Assembly: GCA_017650325.1 (NCBI GenBank)
Contig: JAGCFC010000133.1
Coordinates: 3,214-67,213, forward strand
Reading direction: 5' to 3'
Source: Salinivirgaceae bacterium
Lineage (GTDB): Bacteria > Bacteroidota > Bacteroidia > Bacteroidales > SZUA-534
DNA length: 64,000 bases
Position numbers and translations under genes: made by a program. Shown here in pieces: positions 55,433 through 64,000 of the stretch (the stretch's first letter is position 1; each line of letters opens with the position of its first letter). The notes below the pieces were generated by a model. The model worked only from the letters and a program-made list of their open reading frames with translations. It ran no database searches and had not been told where the DNA came from.

Positions 55433-58400
55433 TTATTTAGCCTCTTCAGCTTTTTTAGCTTGGCGGTTAAGCAAATCGAATGTGATTGGCGTTGCCACGA
55501 ACAGTGAAGAGTAAGTACCAACTGCGATACCAATCATCATTGCGAAGATGAATCCGCGGATAACCTCACCACCGAAGATGAAGATGGTTATCAATACGAG
55601 CAATGTGGTTACCGAAGTATTGATGGTACGTGCCAATGTGCTGTTGACGGCACCGTTCATCACCTCTTGCAGGCTGCGTTTCGATTGCAAGCCCATATAC
55701 TCACGGATACGGTCGAATACAACCACGGTGTCGTTGATTGAGTAACCAACCACTGTCAAGATTGCCGCAATGAACGACTGGTCAATCGACATTGAGAACG
55801 GCATGATGCTGTAAAGCAGAGAGTACATCGAGAACACGAACAAGGTATCGTGAACCAAAGCCACCAAACTGCCCAAACCGAACTGCCATTTGCGGAAACG
55901 GAAGGCGATATAGAGGAATATCACTATCAGAGAGAATGTGATTGCCAATGCAGCTGATGATTTGATATCTTCAGCAATAGTAGCACCCACCTTCTCTGAA
56001 CTCATACGGTAGTCATTCTTAAAATCAGAGAATGTTGTACCAGCCGGCAGGAATTTATCCTTCAATGCCAGATAGAACTTAACCTCAACAACATCGTCAA
56101 CCGATGGTTGCTCAGCAGTGTACTGTGCTGCTTCTGCGTAATCAGCTTCTGTAGCCTCCTCACCGGCAGCGAACAGATACTTGGTTGTAATCTTAACCTG
56201 TTCATTACCACCGTAAGTCTTAACCTCTGCGGTCTGGCCAATCTTTTCGGCAATAGCGTTTTGAATTTCAACAGTACTTACTGGTTTGTCGAATCTTACA
56301 ACATAAGTACGGCCACCAGTGAAATCAACACCAAAGTCGAGACCACGAGTGCAAAGCGATATTATACCAGCAAACAAAACCACACTTGAAATAACATAGC
56401 AAACTTTGCGTGCGCCAATGAAGTCGAAATTGATTCCCTTGAATGCTTGAGCTGTTGCCTTTGATGCAAACGACAGATTTCTCTCTTTGTCAAGCATACG
56501 CTCGAAAATCAAGCGGGTGATGAATATCGAAGTGAACAACGAAGCCAAAATACCAATGCTCAGAGTAACGGCAAAACCATGAATCGGGCCTTCACCGAAC
56601 TTGCCAAGAACAATGGCTGTCAGCAATGTTGTGATGTTCGAGTCGAGGATTGCCGAATAAGCGTTAGCGTAACCGTCTTTCACTGCAAGTTTAATACCCT
56701 TACCTGCAGCCAACTCTTCCTTGATACGTTCGTAGATAAGCACGTTCGAGTCGACCGCCATACCTAATGTCAGCACAATACCTGCAATACCCGACAATGT
56801 CAAAACAGCGCCAAACGATGCGAGCACTCCGAAAATGAAGAACACGTTCAAAAGCAGGGCGATGTTTGCAGCCATACCACCAGTACGATAGTAGATAAGC
56901 ATATAAACCAACACTAGCACAAATGCAATAACAAACGAAATGAATCCTTTGTTGATTGACTCCTGGCCAAGTGACGGACCGACGATTGTCTCTTGCTCGA
57001 TACGAGCAGGAGCAGGCATCTTACCAGACTTCAAAATATTAGCCAAGTCTTTTGCCTCTGCAACAGTGAAGTTACCAGTAATTGACGAACGACCACCTTT
57101 GATCTCTGTTTGAACCGTCGGGTAGCTATATACATAGTTGTCAAGAACGATGGCAACACTCTTGCCAATATTCTCTTTTGTGATACGAGCCCATTTGCGG
57201 GCGCCTTCGGCGTTCATACTCATCGAAACCTCCGAAACGCCACGGCCTTGTGCGTACTCGTCAGAAGCGTCAGTTACAACGTCACCCGAAAGAGCCGGCT
57301 GACCATCACGACTGGTAACCTTGATGGCAATCAGTTCAAAATAGTTTCCTGCGTCATCGAATGATTTAACTCCCCAAAGCAATTTCAGATTGCGTGGGAA
57401 CAAAGCCTTAACAAGAGGCTCGTTCAACATTGCATTTACTGCAGCAGTATCTTTAAAATGGGCATAACCAACTGCTGCACCCTGACGTGGACGGCCATCC
57501 TGCGAATACATAGGATTCAAAACAGCAAACAATGGGTAATTTTTTGCTATCTCGTCCGCCGAAGTAACATCCTCAGTTGCTGTCGAATCAGCTGCAAGTT
57601 TATCAATCAACGAATTAGACTCAGCAGACTCTGCTTTTGACTCTTCGGGTTGCTCTGCCACAGCCACGCTGCCGCTTTCAGCCTCCTTCAAATCGTTGAT
57701 CTCTTTAATTTTAGCATTTGCCTCAATCAAATATTGCTGAACCTCTGTATTGTCATATGTTTCCCAAAACTCAAGGTTGGCTGTTCCTTGCAACAATTTA
57801 CGAACACGCTCAGAATCCTTAATACCAGGCAACTCTACCAAAATGCGGCCCGTATTACCCAAACGTTGAATGTTAGGTTGAGCAACACCGAAACGGTCAA
57901 TACGTGTACGAAGGATTTGGAACGAGTTGGCGATTGCGGCCTCAGTCTCGTCGCGAAGAACATTAAGAACTTCAGCGTTTGTTGAGTTGAAATTAACCTT
58001 GTCTTTCAGCACAGTGGTGTTGAAAATGGCTGCCAAACTAGCATTGGGGTCAATTTTTTCGAAACACTGGCCAAACAATGTGACAAAGTTGGTCTGTCCG
58101 CCTTCTGCTTTTTGAGCAGCTTTTGCCGCCTCAATAGCCTGAAGGAATGTGGGGTCGGTGTTGTAATTCGACAGCGACTTGATAACATCAACCACACTGA
58201 CTTCAAGAATAACGTTCATACCACCCTTCAAGTCAAGACCAAGGTTAATCTCTCTTTCCTTGCATTCACGATATGTGAATTCTTTCAGGAACAAGAAATT
58301 GTAAACTGGTGTGCTTGACAAAGCATCAAGGTAGTTGTTGTACTTGACCAGATTAAAATTACCGTCGGCCTCTGTGGCAAAAGCCTCGGCCTTCTTCTCT

Positions 58401-58492
58401 TCACGCGATGTTACTACTGTAAAAAACAATTGATACAGACACACTAAAACGAGTGCGATAGCAACAAATCTAATAGTTCCTTTATTCTGCAT
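55433..58492 (-). CDS. secDF: Protein translocase subunit SecDF (fused)
   Basis: 1019 aa with two RND-like 6-TM bundles and a large periplasmic domain. It has LGLDLKGG and GPSLG motifs. Confidence 0.93.
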   Translation of the reverse strand: MQNKGTIRFVAIALVLVCLYQLFFTVVTSREEKKAEAFATEADGNFNLVKYNNYLDALSSTPVYNFLFLKEFTYRECKEREINLGLDLKGGMNVILEVSVVDVIKSLSNYNTDPTFLQAIEAAKAAQKAEGGQTNFVTLFGQCFEKIDPNASLAAIFNTTVLKDKVNFNSTNAEVLNVLRDETEAAIANSFQILRTRIDRFGVAQPNIQRLGNTGRILVELPGIKDSERVRKLLQGTANLEFWETYDNTEVQQYLIEANAKIKEINDLKEAESGSVAVAEQPEESKAESAESNSLIDKLAADSTATEDVTSADEIAKNYPLFAVLNPMYSQDGRPRQGAAVGYAHFKDTAAVNAMLNEPLVKALFPRNLKLLWGVKSFDDAGNYFELIAIKVTSRDGQPALSGDVVTDASDEYAQGRGVSEVSMSMNAEGARKWARITKENIGKSVAIVLDNYVYSYPTVQTEIKGGRSSITGNFTVAEAKDLANILKSGKMPAPARIEQETIVGPSLGQESINKGFISFVIAFVLVLVYMLIYYRTGGMAANIALLLNVFFIFGVLASFGAVLTLSGIAGIVLTLGMAVDSNVLIYERIKEELAAGKGIKLAVKDGYANAYSAILDSNITTLLTAIVLGKFGEGPIHGFAVTLSIGILASLFTSIFITRLIFERMLDKERNLSFASKATAQAFKGINFDFIGARKVCYVISSVVLFAGIISLCTRGLDFGVDFTGGRTYVVRFDKPVSTVEIQNAIAEKIGQTAEVKTYGGNEQVKITTKYLFAAGEEATEADYAEAAQYTAEQPSVDDVVEVKFYLALKDKFLPAGTTFSDFKNDYRMSSEKVGATIAEDIKSSAALAITFSLIVIFLYIAFRFRKWQFGLGSLVALVHDTLFVFSMYSLLYSIMPFSMSIDQSFIAAILTVVGYSINDTVVVFDRIREYMGLQSKRSLQEVMNGAVNSTLARTINTSVTTLLVLITIFIFGGEVIRGFIFAMMIGIAVGTYSSLFVATPITFDLLNRQAKKAEEAK

Positions 58493-58559
58493 TTTTTAAT
58501 AGTGTTATTTGAATTTCATTACTATTTATCCGGCATGGCCGGTTTTTGCTTAAAGCACG

Positions 58560-58567
58560 CAAATATA
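58560..58567 (-). promoter_or_regulatory. Candidate -7 promoter box for secDF
   Basis: The minus strand reads TATATTTG, 67 nt upstream of the start at 58492. A TTTG lies about 23 nt further upstream. Confidence 0.35.
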
Positions 58568-58712
58568 TCGGTTTTTTTAAAAAAGCGAAACAAAATTACT
58601 TCACGCAATAATGTTGTTTGCAATAACCTGCAATTTACTATGCTTCAACAATTTAAATAAAATAAATCTGATATCTGCCGACTTTTTACGTTATACCTAT
58701 TATATAATAAAA

Positions 58713-58735
58713 GAGCCGCACGGTTAATGCGGCTC
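58713..58735 (-). terminator. Rho-independent terminator after rho
   Basis: GAGCCGCA (58713-58720) pairs with TGCGGCTC (58728-58735). The minus strand continues TTTTATTATAT. Confidence 0.65.
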
Positions 58736-58753
58736 TCTATAATATCACTTTGT

Positions 58754-60520
58754 TTACGAATTCATCGAGATAAAGAACTCCTCGTTGTTCTTTGTTCTTG
58801 CCAAACGGTCGCGGAGGAATTGCATTGCCTCTACAGAGTTCATGTCCGACAAATGATTGCGGAGTACCCACATACGGCTTAACGTGTCTTTGTCGACAAG
58901 CAGGTCGTCGCGGCGTGTGCTGCTCAAGTTGATGTCGACAGCCGGATAGATGCGCTTGTTCGACAGCTTGCGGTCGAGCTGTAACTCCATGTTGCCGGTG
59001 CCCTTGAATTCCTCGAAAATCACCTCGTCCATCTTTGAGCCGGTTTCAGTCAAGGCAGTTGCCAGAATGGTCAGCGAACCACCGTTCTCAATGTTTCGAG
59101 CAGCGCCGAAGAAACGTTTCGGTTTGTGAAGCGCATTTGCATCAACACCACCAGAAAGCACTTTACCTGACGCAGGCGAAACCGTATTGTAGGCTCGTGC
59201 CAGACGGGTAATAGAGTCAAGCAAGATAACCACATCGTGGCCGCACTCTACGAGGCGTTTAGCCTTTTCGAGCACTATTGAAGACACCTTCACGTGTTTC
59301 TCTGCTGGCTCGTCGAATGTTGAAGCAATAACCTCACCATTCACGCTACGTGCCATATCGGTAACCTCCTCCGGACGTTCATCGATGAGCAGTACGATAA
59401 GATAAACCTCCGGGTGATTGTATGAAATTGCGTTTGCTATCTCTTTCAGCAGCACAGTTTTACCAGTTTTTGGCTGTGCGACAATCAAACCGCGCTGACC
59501 TTTGCCTATCGGTGAGAACATATCGACAACGCGAGTCGAAATTGAGCATTGCGGATGACTGGTCAAATCGAATTTCTCCTCCGGGAAAAGCGGTGTGAGG
59601 AAGTCAAACGGCACGCGGTCGCGAATACTTTCTGGTGTGCAACCGTTGATGGTCTCAACCTTGATGAGCGGAAAATACTTCTCGCCTTCTTTTGGAGGAC
59701 GGATTGTTCCTGTCACTGTATCACCAGTTTTCAGACCGAACAGTTTTATCTGCGATTGGCTCACATAAACGTCATCGGGAGAATTCAGATAATTGTAGTC
59801 AGACGAACGAAGGAATCCGTAACCGTCCTGCATCAGCTCCAAAACGCCAGTGGCAGTTATCAACTGATCAAACTCATATTTAGTTTTATCATCTGACTCC
59901 TTCGGCTGATTCTGCGATTGGTTCTGCGGCTGATTATTTTTAGGCTGATTCTGATAACCATTGTTCTGATAGCCGTGTTTATTGAAGCGCTGCTGCGCAT
60001 TGTTCTGGCGGTGCTCATTATTCTCCGGCTCCGTCTGCGCATGTTTGTCTGCATCGCTCGAAGCGGCTGCCGATTGCGCTGAAGAATTGCGAGAACTGAA
60101 ATCAAGTTCGGGCTGCGCGCTCTTGTGAGTATATTGATTGTCAAACTTCGGTGTAGTTCTCACCGGAGCATCGTTGTCAACATCTCTTCTGACGTATGGG
60201 CGTGCGGCAACTCGAGTTGGCTGTTGTTCTGCAGGTTTCTCATATTGTTCTGACTTTGCCTCATTATCGGCATTCAGAGAAACACCCATCACACGCTCTA
60301 CTCGTCCGCTCAATCGTGTACGTTTACGCGGTTGGCGCTCTGTGTCGCTGCCAGACTGTTCGCTGACACTCTTCGGTGACTTTGCATTTTGAGCCTCAAG
60401 AATCTTTGTAATAAGATCTTGTTTTCTCAATGCTTCTACTCTCTTCATACCCAATTCTTTAGCAATCGATCGCAAATCAGGTAGAAGCATTTTGCTCAAC
60501 GACAAAAAATCATAATCCAT
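58754..60520 (-). CDS. rho: Transcription termination factor Rho with a long N/Q-rich low-complexity insertion
   Basis: The start is taken at [24 protein letters not shown]. The RNA-binding domain has GYGFLRS. It has Walker A AQPKTGKT and a C-terminal ...SRMWVLR.... About 170 aa of low-complexity sequence separates the N-terminal helix bundle from the CSD. Confidence 0.92.
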   Translation of the reverse strand: MDYDFLSLSKMLLPDLRSIAKELGMKRVEALRKQDLITKILEAQNAKSPKSVSEQSGSDTERQPRKRTRLSGRVERVMGVSLNADNEAKSEQYEKPAEQQPTRVAARPYVRRDVDNDAPVRTTPKFDNQYTHKSAQPELDFSSRNSSAQSAAASSDADKHAQTEPENNEHRQNNAQQRFNKHGYQNNGYQNQPKNNQPQNQSQNQPKESDDKTKYEFDQLITATGVLELMQDGYGFLRSSDYNYLNSPDDVYVSQSQIKLFGLKTGDTVTGTIRPPKEGEKYFPLIKVETINGCTPESIRDRVPFDFLTPLFPEEKFDLTSHPQCSISTRVVDMFSPIGKGQRGLIVAQPKTGKTVLLKEIANAISYNHPEVYLIVLLIDERPEEVTDMARSVNGEVIASTFDEPAEKHVKVSSIVLEKAKRLVECGHDVVILLDSITRLARAYNTVSPASGKVLSGGVDANALHKPKRFFGAARNIENGGSLTILATALTETGSKMDEVIFEEFKGTGNMELQLDRKLSNKRIYPAVDINLSSTRRDDLLVDKDTLSRMWVLRNHLSDMNSVEAMQFLRDRLARTKNNEEFFISMNS

Positions 60521-60758
60521 ATAAATAAAGTATTTTGAAAGATTTTGATTACAAAATTTCAACAATTCAAAAGGAATTCACGAAAAGAAGTGATTTTGTT
60601 TGGATAGAACTATCCTCGCCTTTTTGAAAACGGTGCAATTTTAGTGAATAATCGGTTATGCACAAACAAAAAAATTGAAAAAGTTTGAAAATGGGCGAAA
60701 TACAATTTTTCGTGTTTTTCAGTCATACGTTTGGGTTTTCCTTTTACGTTTTTGTTAA

Positions 60759-60766
60759 TACCTTTG
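60759..60766 (+). promoter_or_regulatory. Candidate -7 promoter box for the peptidase-pnuC operon
   Basis: TACCTTTG lies 21 nt upstream of the ATG at 60788. Confidence 0.4.
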
Positions 60767-60787
60767 GCATCGATTAAAAAAATTGAT

Positions 60788-62407
60788 ATGCGAAAACTTC
60801 TAATACTGGCTGCCGCCGCCATTATGGCGATGAATGCGCAAGCCCAATACAACTACCGCGAGCAAACGTTCAAAATGACACGTGTGCTCGACCTAATCAG
60901 CAACCGCTACGTTGACACTGTGAATCAAGCGAAGCTGGTAGAGACCGGCATCATAGCAATGCTGAAGGAACTCGACCCTCACTCTGTTTACATCACACAA
61001 GATGATGTTAAAGCTATGAACGAGCCGCTCGAGGGCAATTTCGAAGGCATCGGCATACAGTTCAGCATTCTGAACGACACTCTGATGATTGTGGCAGTGA
61101 TTCCTGGCGGACCATCGGAGCGCGTGGGACTGATGGCTGGCGACCGTATTATATATGTGGACACCGCCAACATTGCCGGCGTGGGACTCACAAACCAAAT
61201 GGTGCAGAAGAAACTACGCGGCAAAAAGGGTACAGTGGTAACCGTCAAAGTGATGCGTCATGGCAGCAAAGAACTGATTGACTTCAAAATAACACGCGAC
61301 AAAATTCCAATTTACAGCGTTGACGCGGCCTATATGGTTGACGCAAAAGCAGGCATTGGATACATTAAAATCAACAAGTTTGCTGCCACAACCACAACCG
61401 AATACAACAACGCTATAAGGAAATTACGTGAACAAGGCATGAAGCACCTGATTGTGGACCTGACCGACAATGGTGGCGGCTACCTCAACACCGGCTTCGA
61501 CCTTGCAAGCCAATTCTTGCAGAGCGGAAAGATGGTGGTGTTTACTCAAGGTTCGAGAAGCCCGCGCCAGAACTACTACACCGAATCGGGACACAACGAA
61601 AAAGATTACGGACGAGTTGTTGTTATGGTGAACGAAAATTCAGCATCGGCAAGTGAGATTGTGTCGGGCGCCCTTCAAGACTGGGACCGTGCCGTTCTGG
61701 TTGGACGCCGTACCTTTGGCAAAGGTTTGGTTCAGAACCAGTTTCCTCTACCCGATGGCTCAATGATGCGTTTGACAATAGCACGCTACTACACTCCTAC
61801 CGGCCGCTGTATCCAACGCTCATACGAAGGCGGAGTTGACGAGTACAACAAGGATTTCGACAAACGCTACAACGACGGCGAGCTCTACAGTGCCGACTCT
61901 ATCCATCTGCCCACAGGCGAGAAATACTTCACCAAAGTGAATAACCGCGTGGTGTACGGCGGTGGTGGCATCATGCCCGACGTGTTTGTACCAATCGACA
62001 CAACTTACTCGTCGAGATACTACGTGAAAATGGTTCGTCAAGGAATATTTAACCGATTCGTTCTCAACTATATTGATAACAATCGTGCTGAACTTGAAAA
62101 GAAATACAAATCGACAAAGACTGACGCTGACTTCAAGCAGTTTGATGAGAAATTCATTGTCACCGACGATTTTCTGAAGCAACTCACCGACTTTGCCGAA
62201 AAAGAAAAGCTGCCGTTCGACGAGAAGGGGTTTGAGCGCGGTAAGGAGCACATGCGCGTAAATCTGAAAGCCGCCATTGCACGCGACCTTTACGATTCGG
62301 GCGAGTACTACCAGATTATCAACCGCATCGATCCGATTTTCAACGAAGCCGTGAAGGTTATGAAGGACGAGAAATTGTACAACTCGAAATTGCAGCCAGC
62401 CAAATAA
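60788..62407 (+). CDS. S41-family C-terminal processing peptidase
   Basis: The start is taken at MRKLLILAAAAIMAMNAQA. It has a PDZ domain (GGPSERVGLMAGDRI) and the catalytic region NENSASASEIVSGALQD...GRRTFGKGLVQ. Confidence 0.9.
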   Translation: MRKLLILAAAAIMAMNAQAQYNYREQTFKMTRVLDLISNRYVDTVNQAKLVETGIIAMLKELDPHSVYITQDDVKAMNEPLEGNFEGIGIQFSILNDTLMIVAVIPGGPSERVGLMAGDRIIYVDTANIAGVGLTNQMVQKKLRGKKGTVVTVKVMRHGSKELIDFKITRDKIPIYSVDAAYMVDAKAGIGYIKINKFAATTTTEYNNAIRKLREQGMKHLIVDLTDNGGGYLNTGFDLASQFLQSGKMVVFTQGSRSPRQNYYTESGHNEKDYGRVVVMVNENSASASEIVSGALQDWDRAVLVGRRTFGKGLVQNQFPLPDGSMMRLTIARYYTPTGRCIQRSYEGGVDEYNKDFDKRYNDGELYSADSIHLPTGEKYFTKVNNRVVYGGGGIMPDVFVPIDTTYSSRYYVKMVRQGIFNRFVLNYIDNNRAELEKKYKSTKTDADFKQFDEKFIVTDDFLKQLTDFAEKEKLPFDEKGFERGKEHMRVNLKAAIARDLYDSGEYYQIINRIDPIFNEAVKVMKDEKLYNSKLQPAK

Positions 62408-62413
62408 CGAATC

Positions 62414-62995
62414 GTGATTAATTGGTTTATAGATAACTGGCTAGAGCTTTTCGGTGTTGCAGTCACAATTGCCTATCTATTCCTATCGATAAGGCAGAGT
62501 ATATGGCTTTGGCCTCTAGGGGCACTGTCATCGGCCATATATATTGCAATTTATTTTGTCAACAAGTTCTACGCCGACATGGGGCTTCAGACTTACTATC
62601 TGATAATCAGCATCTATGGCTTTGTTGCATGGCTTGTCCACAAAAATCGCGAGGGCAAGGAGTTGGCTGTTTGCCGCACAACTATAAAGCAATGGCTAGC
62701 ATTGGGGGTCATCACCGCCGCCATCTGGGGCGCACTATATTGGATTCTGTCAGAATTCACCGACTCGCCCGTGCCTGTCGGCGACTCATTCACAACTGCT
62801 TTGGCCATCACCGCCACATGGATGCTCACCCGCAAAATGATTGAGCAGTGGCTTGTGTTCATTGTTGCCGACGCTGTCTCGGTGGCGCTATACTTCACAC
62901 GCTCGATGCCGCTCACCGCATCACTATATATAATATATACAACAATGGCCGTTGTGGGCTTTTACAAATGGCGGAAAGAACTGATACAAAGATAA
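62414..62995 (+). CDS. pnuC: Nicotinamide riboside transporter PnuC
   Basis: 193 aa with a GTG start and about 7 TM helices. The W-rich N-terminus is WLELFGV...SIWLWPLG. Confidence 0.8.
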   Translation: MINWFIDNWLELFGVAVTIAYLFLSIRQSIWLWPLGALSSAIYIAIYFVNKFYADMGLQTYYLIISIYGFVAWLVHKNREGKELAVCRTTIKQWLALGVITAAIWGALYWILSEFTDSPVPVGDSFTTALAITATWMLTRKMIEQWLVFIVADAVSVALYFTRSMPLTASLYIIYTTMAVVGFYKWRKELIQR

Positions 62996-63501
62996 TTGTG
63001 GTCACTGGTGCCGAATCGACAGGCAAAACCGAGCTGTGTCGATTTTTATCCCAAGAGCTTGACATTCCGTGGGTTCCAGAACTTGCACGCGGCTATGTTG
63101 AGCAATTGGGCCGCCCCTACACCTACGACGATGTGGTTGAGATTGCCCGCCTGCAGATTGCCGAATTTGAGAATGCGATCAAAGGTGAAAGCAACATTGT
63201 CATATTTGATACCGACTTGATAATCACCAAAGTATGGCTCGAAGTAGTTTACGGCTCCTGCCCCGCATGGATTCCCGAAGCCATATGTTCACACCCTGCA
63301 ACGCTGCATCTGCTATGCAAGACTGATATACCCTGGGTAGCCGACAACGTGCGTGAAAACGGCGGTACGATGCGCGATAAACTATCGGGAATGTACCGTA
63401 AAGAGTTGGAAACGTTCGGTTTGCCTTACGTTGAAATTAGTGGGGACGGCGATGAACGGCGGCAGACGGCATTAGATGCCGTGAAAAATATTATGAGTTA
63501 G
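62968..63501 (+). CDS. NadR-like P-loop ATPase / ribosylnicotinamide kinase domain protein
   Basis: The start is taken at the ATG at 62968 (MAERTDTKIIVVTGAESTGKTEL, Walker A). It overlaps the pnuC 3' end by 28 nt. Confidence 0.7.
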   Translation: MAERTDTKIIVVTGAESTGKTELCRFLSQELDIPWVPELARGYVEQLGRPYTYDDVVEIARLQIAEFENAIKGESNIVIFDTDLIITKVWLEVVYGSCPAWIPEAICSHPATLHLLCKTDIPWVADNVRENGGTMRDKLSGMYRKELETFGLPYVEISGDGDERRQTALDAVKNIMS

Positions 63502-63584
63502 GCGAGCAAAACTTCTGCAACAAAGCACCCAACCTACGTATTATAAAAATGTCCAAAGTCCGTTGTCCGTAGTCTGTTGTCTTC

Positions 63585-64000
63585 TTATTCTACGTAGAGC
63601 ACCAACCCTTTAAGATACTCACTTTCAGGATGGAACATGCCTATCGGGTGGTCGATTGGTTGCGAGAGCTGATGCAGAATACGCACATTGCGACGAGCGT
63701 TGACTGAAGCCGCAAACACGGCCTTGCGAAAATCTTCCTTACTAACAGCCTGCGAACACGAGAAGGTGAACAGAATTCCGCCACGCTCAATCTGCTCGAG
63801 AGCCCGCTGATTGATGCGTTTGTAACCCTGCAAAGCGTTGTTGAGCGCGCTTTGGTGCTTGGCAAAAGCCGGCGGGTCGAGAATAATTAGGTCGTACTTG
63901 TCGGTTGTCTGTGCGAAAAAGTCGAAAGCATCTAATGCAAAACCCTGATGGTTAGCGCAATCGGGGAAGTTCAGCGCCACATTGCGGTCTGTCTGGACGA
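63585..64000 (-). CDS. Class I SAM-dependent rRNA methyltransferase (RlmI-like), C-terminal part; 5' end lies beyond the window
   Basis: It has ...YDLIILDPPAFAK.... The frame stays open upstream of the ORF-track GTG at 63980 all the way to the window edge. Confidence 0.75.
   Translation of the reverse strand, partial: VQTDRNVALNFPDCANHQGFALDAFDFFAQTTDKYDLIILDPPAFAKHQSALNNALQGYKRINQRALEQIERGGILFTFSCSQAVSKEDFRKAVFAASVNARRNVRILHQLSQPIDHPIGMFHPESEYLKGLVLYVE

Noticed and set aside
62848-62967. The extended N-terminus of the NadR-like ORF (track start 62848), overlapping pnuC by about 150 nt.
   Set aside because: The extra 40 residues are Cys/Arg-rich and look non-protein-like. The ATG at 62968 gives MAERTDTKIIVVTGAESTGKT with the Walker A motif at the usual distance from the start.
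1-64000. A scan for CRISPR arrays, tRNA/rRNA genes, integrases, transposases, toxin-antitoxin pairs or recognisable phage-defence genes.
   Set aside because: No intergenic region over 100 nt shows cloverleaf-like or repeat-spacer structure. No ORF shows recombinase, transposase, nuclease or defence-system motifs. The only accessory region is the polysaccharide/phosphonate locus.

Overview
The window looks like a Bacteroidales chromosome segment. This rests on a SusC/SusD pair, two T9SS C-terminal sorting domains, a NusG-like UpxY gene, and TAnnTTTG -7 boxes 20-25 nt upstream of several start codons. Both flanks are ordinary housekeeping DNA. On the left: DNA alkylation repair, rpsA, STAS protein, rnz, guaA, Lrp/AsnC regulator, glyA, ftsK, LolA-like, LOG, ribBA. 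On the right: SusC/SusD/lipoprotein, UvrD-type helicase, ABC ATPase, secDF, rho, S41 peptidase, pnuC plus a NadR-like kinase, and a truncated RlmI-like methyltransferase.

The centre (17053-44865, all on the minus strand, 26 co-directional genes) is an UpxY-headed surface-polymer locus and is the accessory, interesting part. It holds a DegT aminotransferase, a small phosphoglycosyl transferase, Wzx, two Wzy-family proteins (one with an inserted CBM-like domain) and three LicD-family transferases. It also holds an IspD-like cytidylyltransferase plus SDR, a split transketolase plus aldo/keto reductase, an embedded T9SS repeat protein, and two diverged cytidylyltransferase-PEP-mutase / phosphonopyruvate-decarboxylase cassettes. 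One cassette carries an Fe-alcohol dehydrogenase. The other carries a tightly coupled four-gene tailoring set of unknown chemistry.

I see no AEP transaminase and no recognisable GT-A or GT-B glycosyltransferase in the locus. Most of it (about 20.6-43.0 kb) is visibly much more AT-rich than the flanks. I found no rRNA, tRNA, CRISPR array, integrase or transposase.

All functional calls come from motif and family recognition by eye on the supplied translations. No searches were run, and start codons were adjusted manually where noted.
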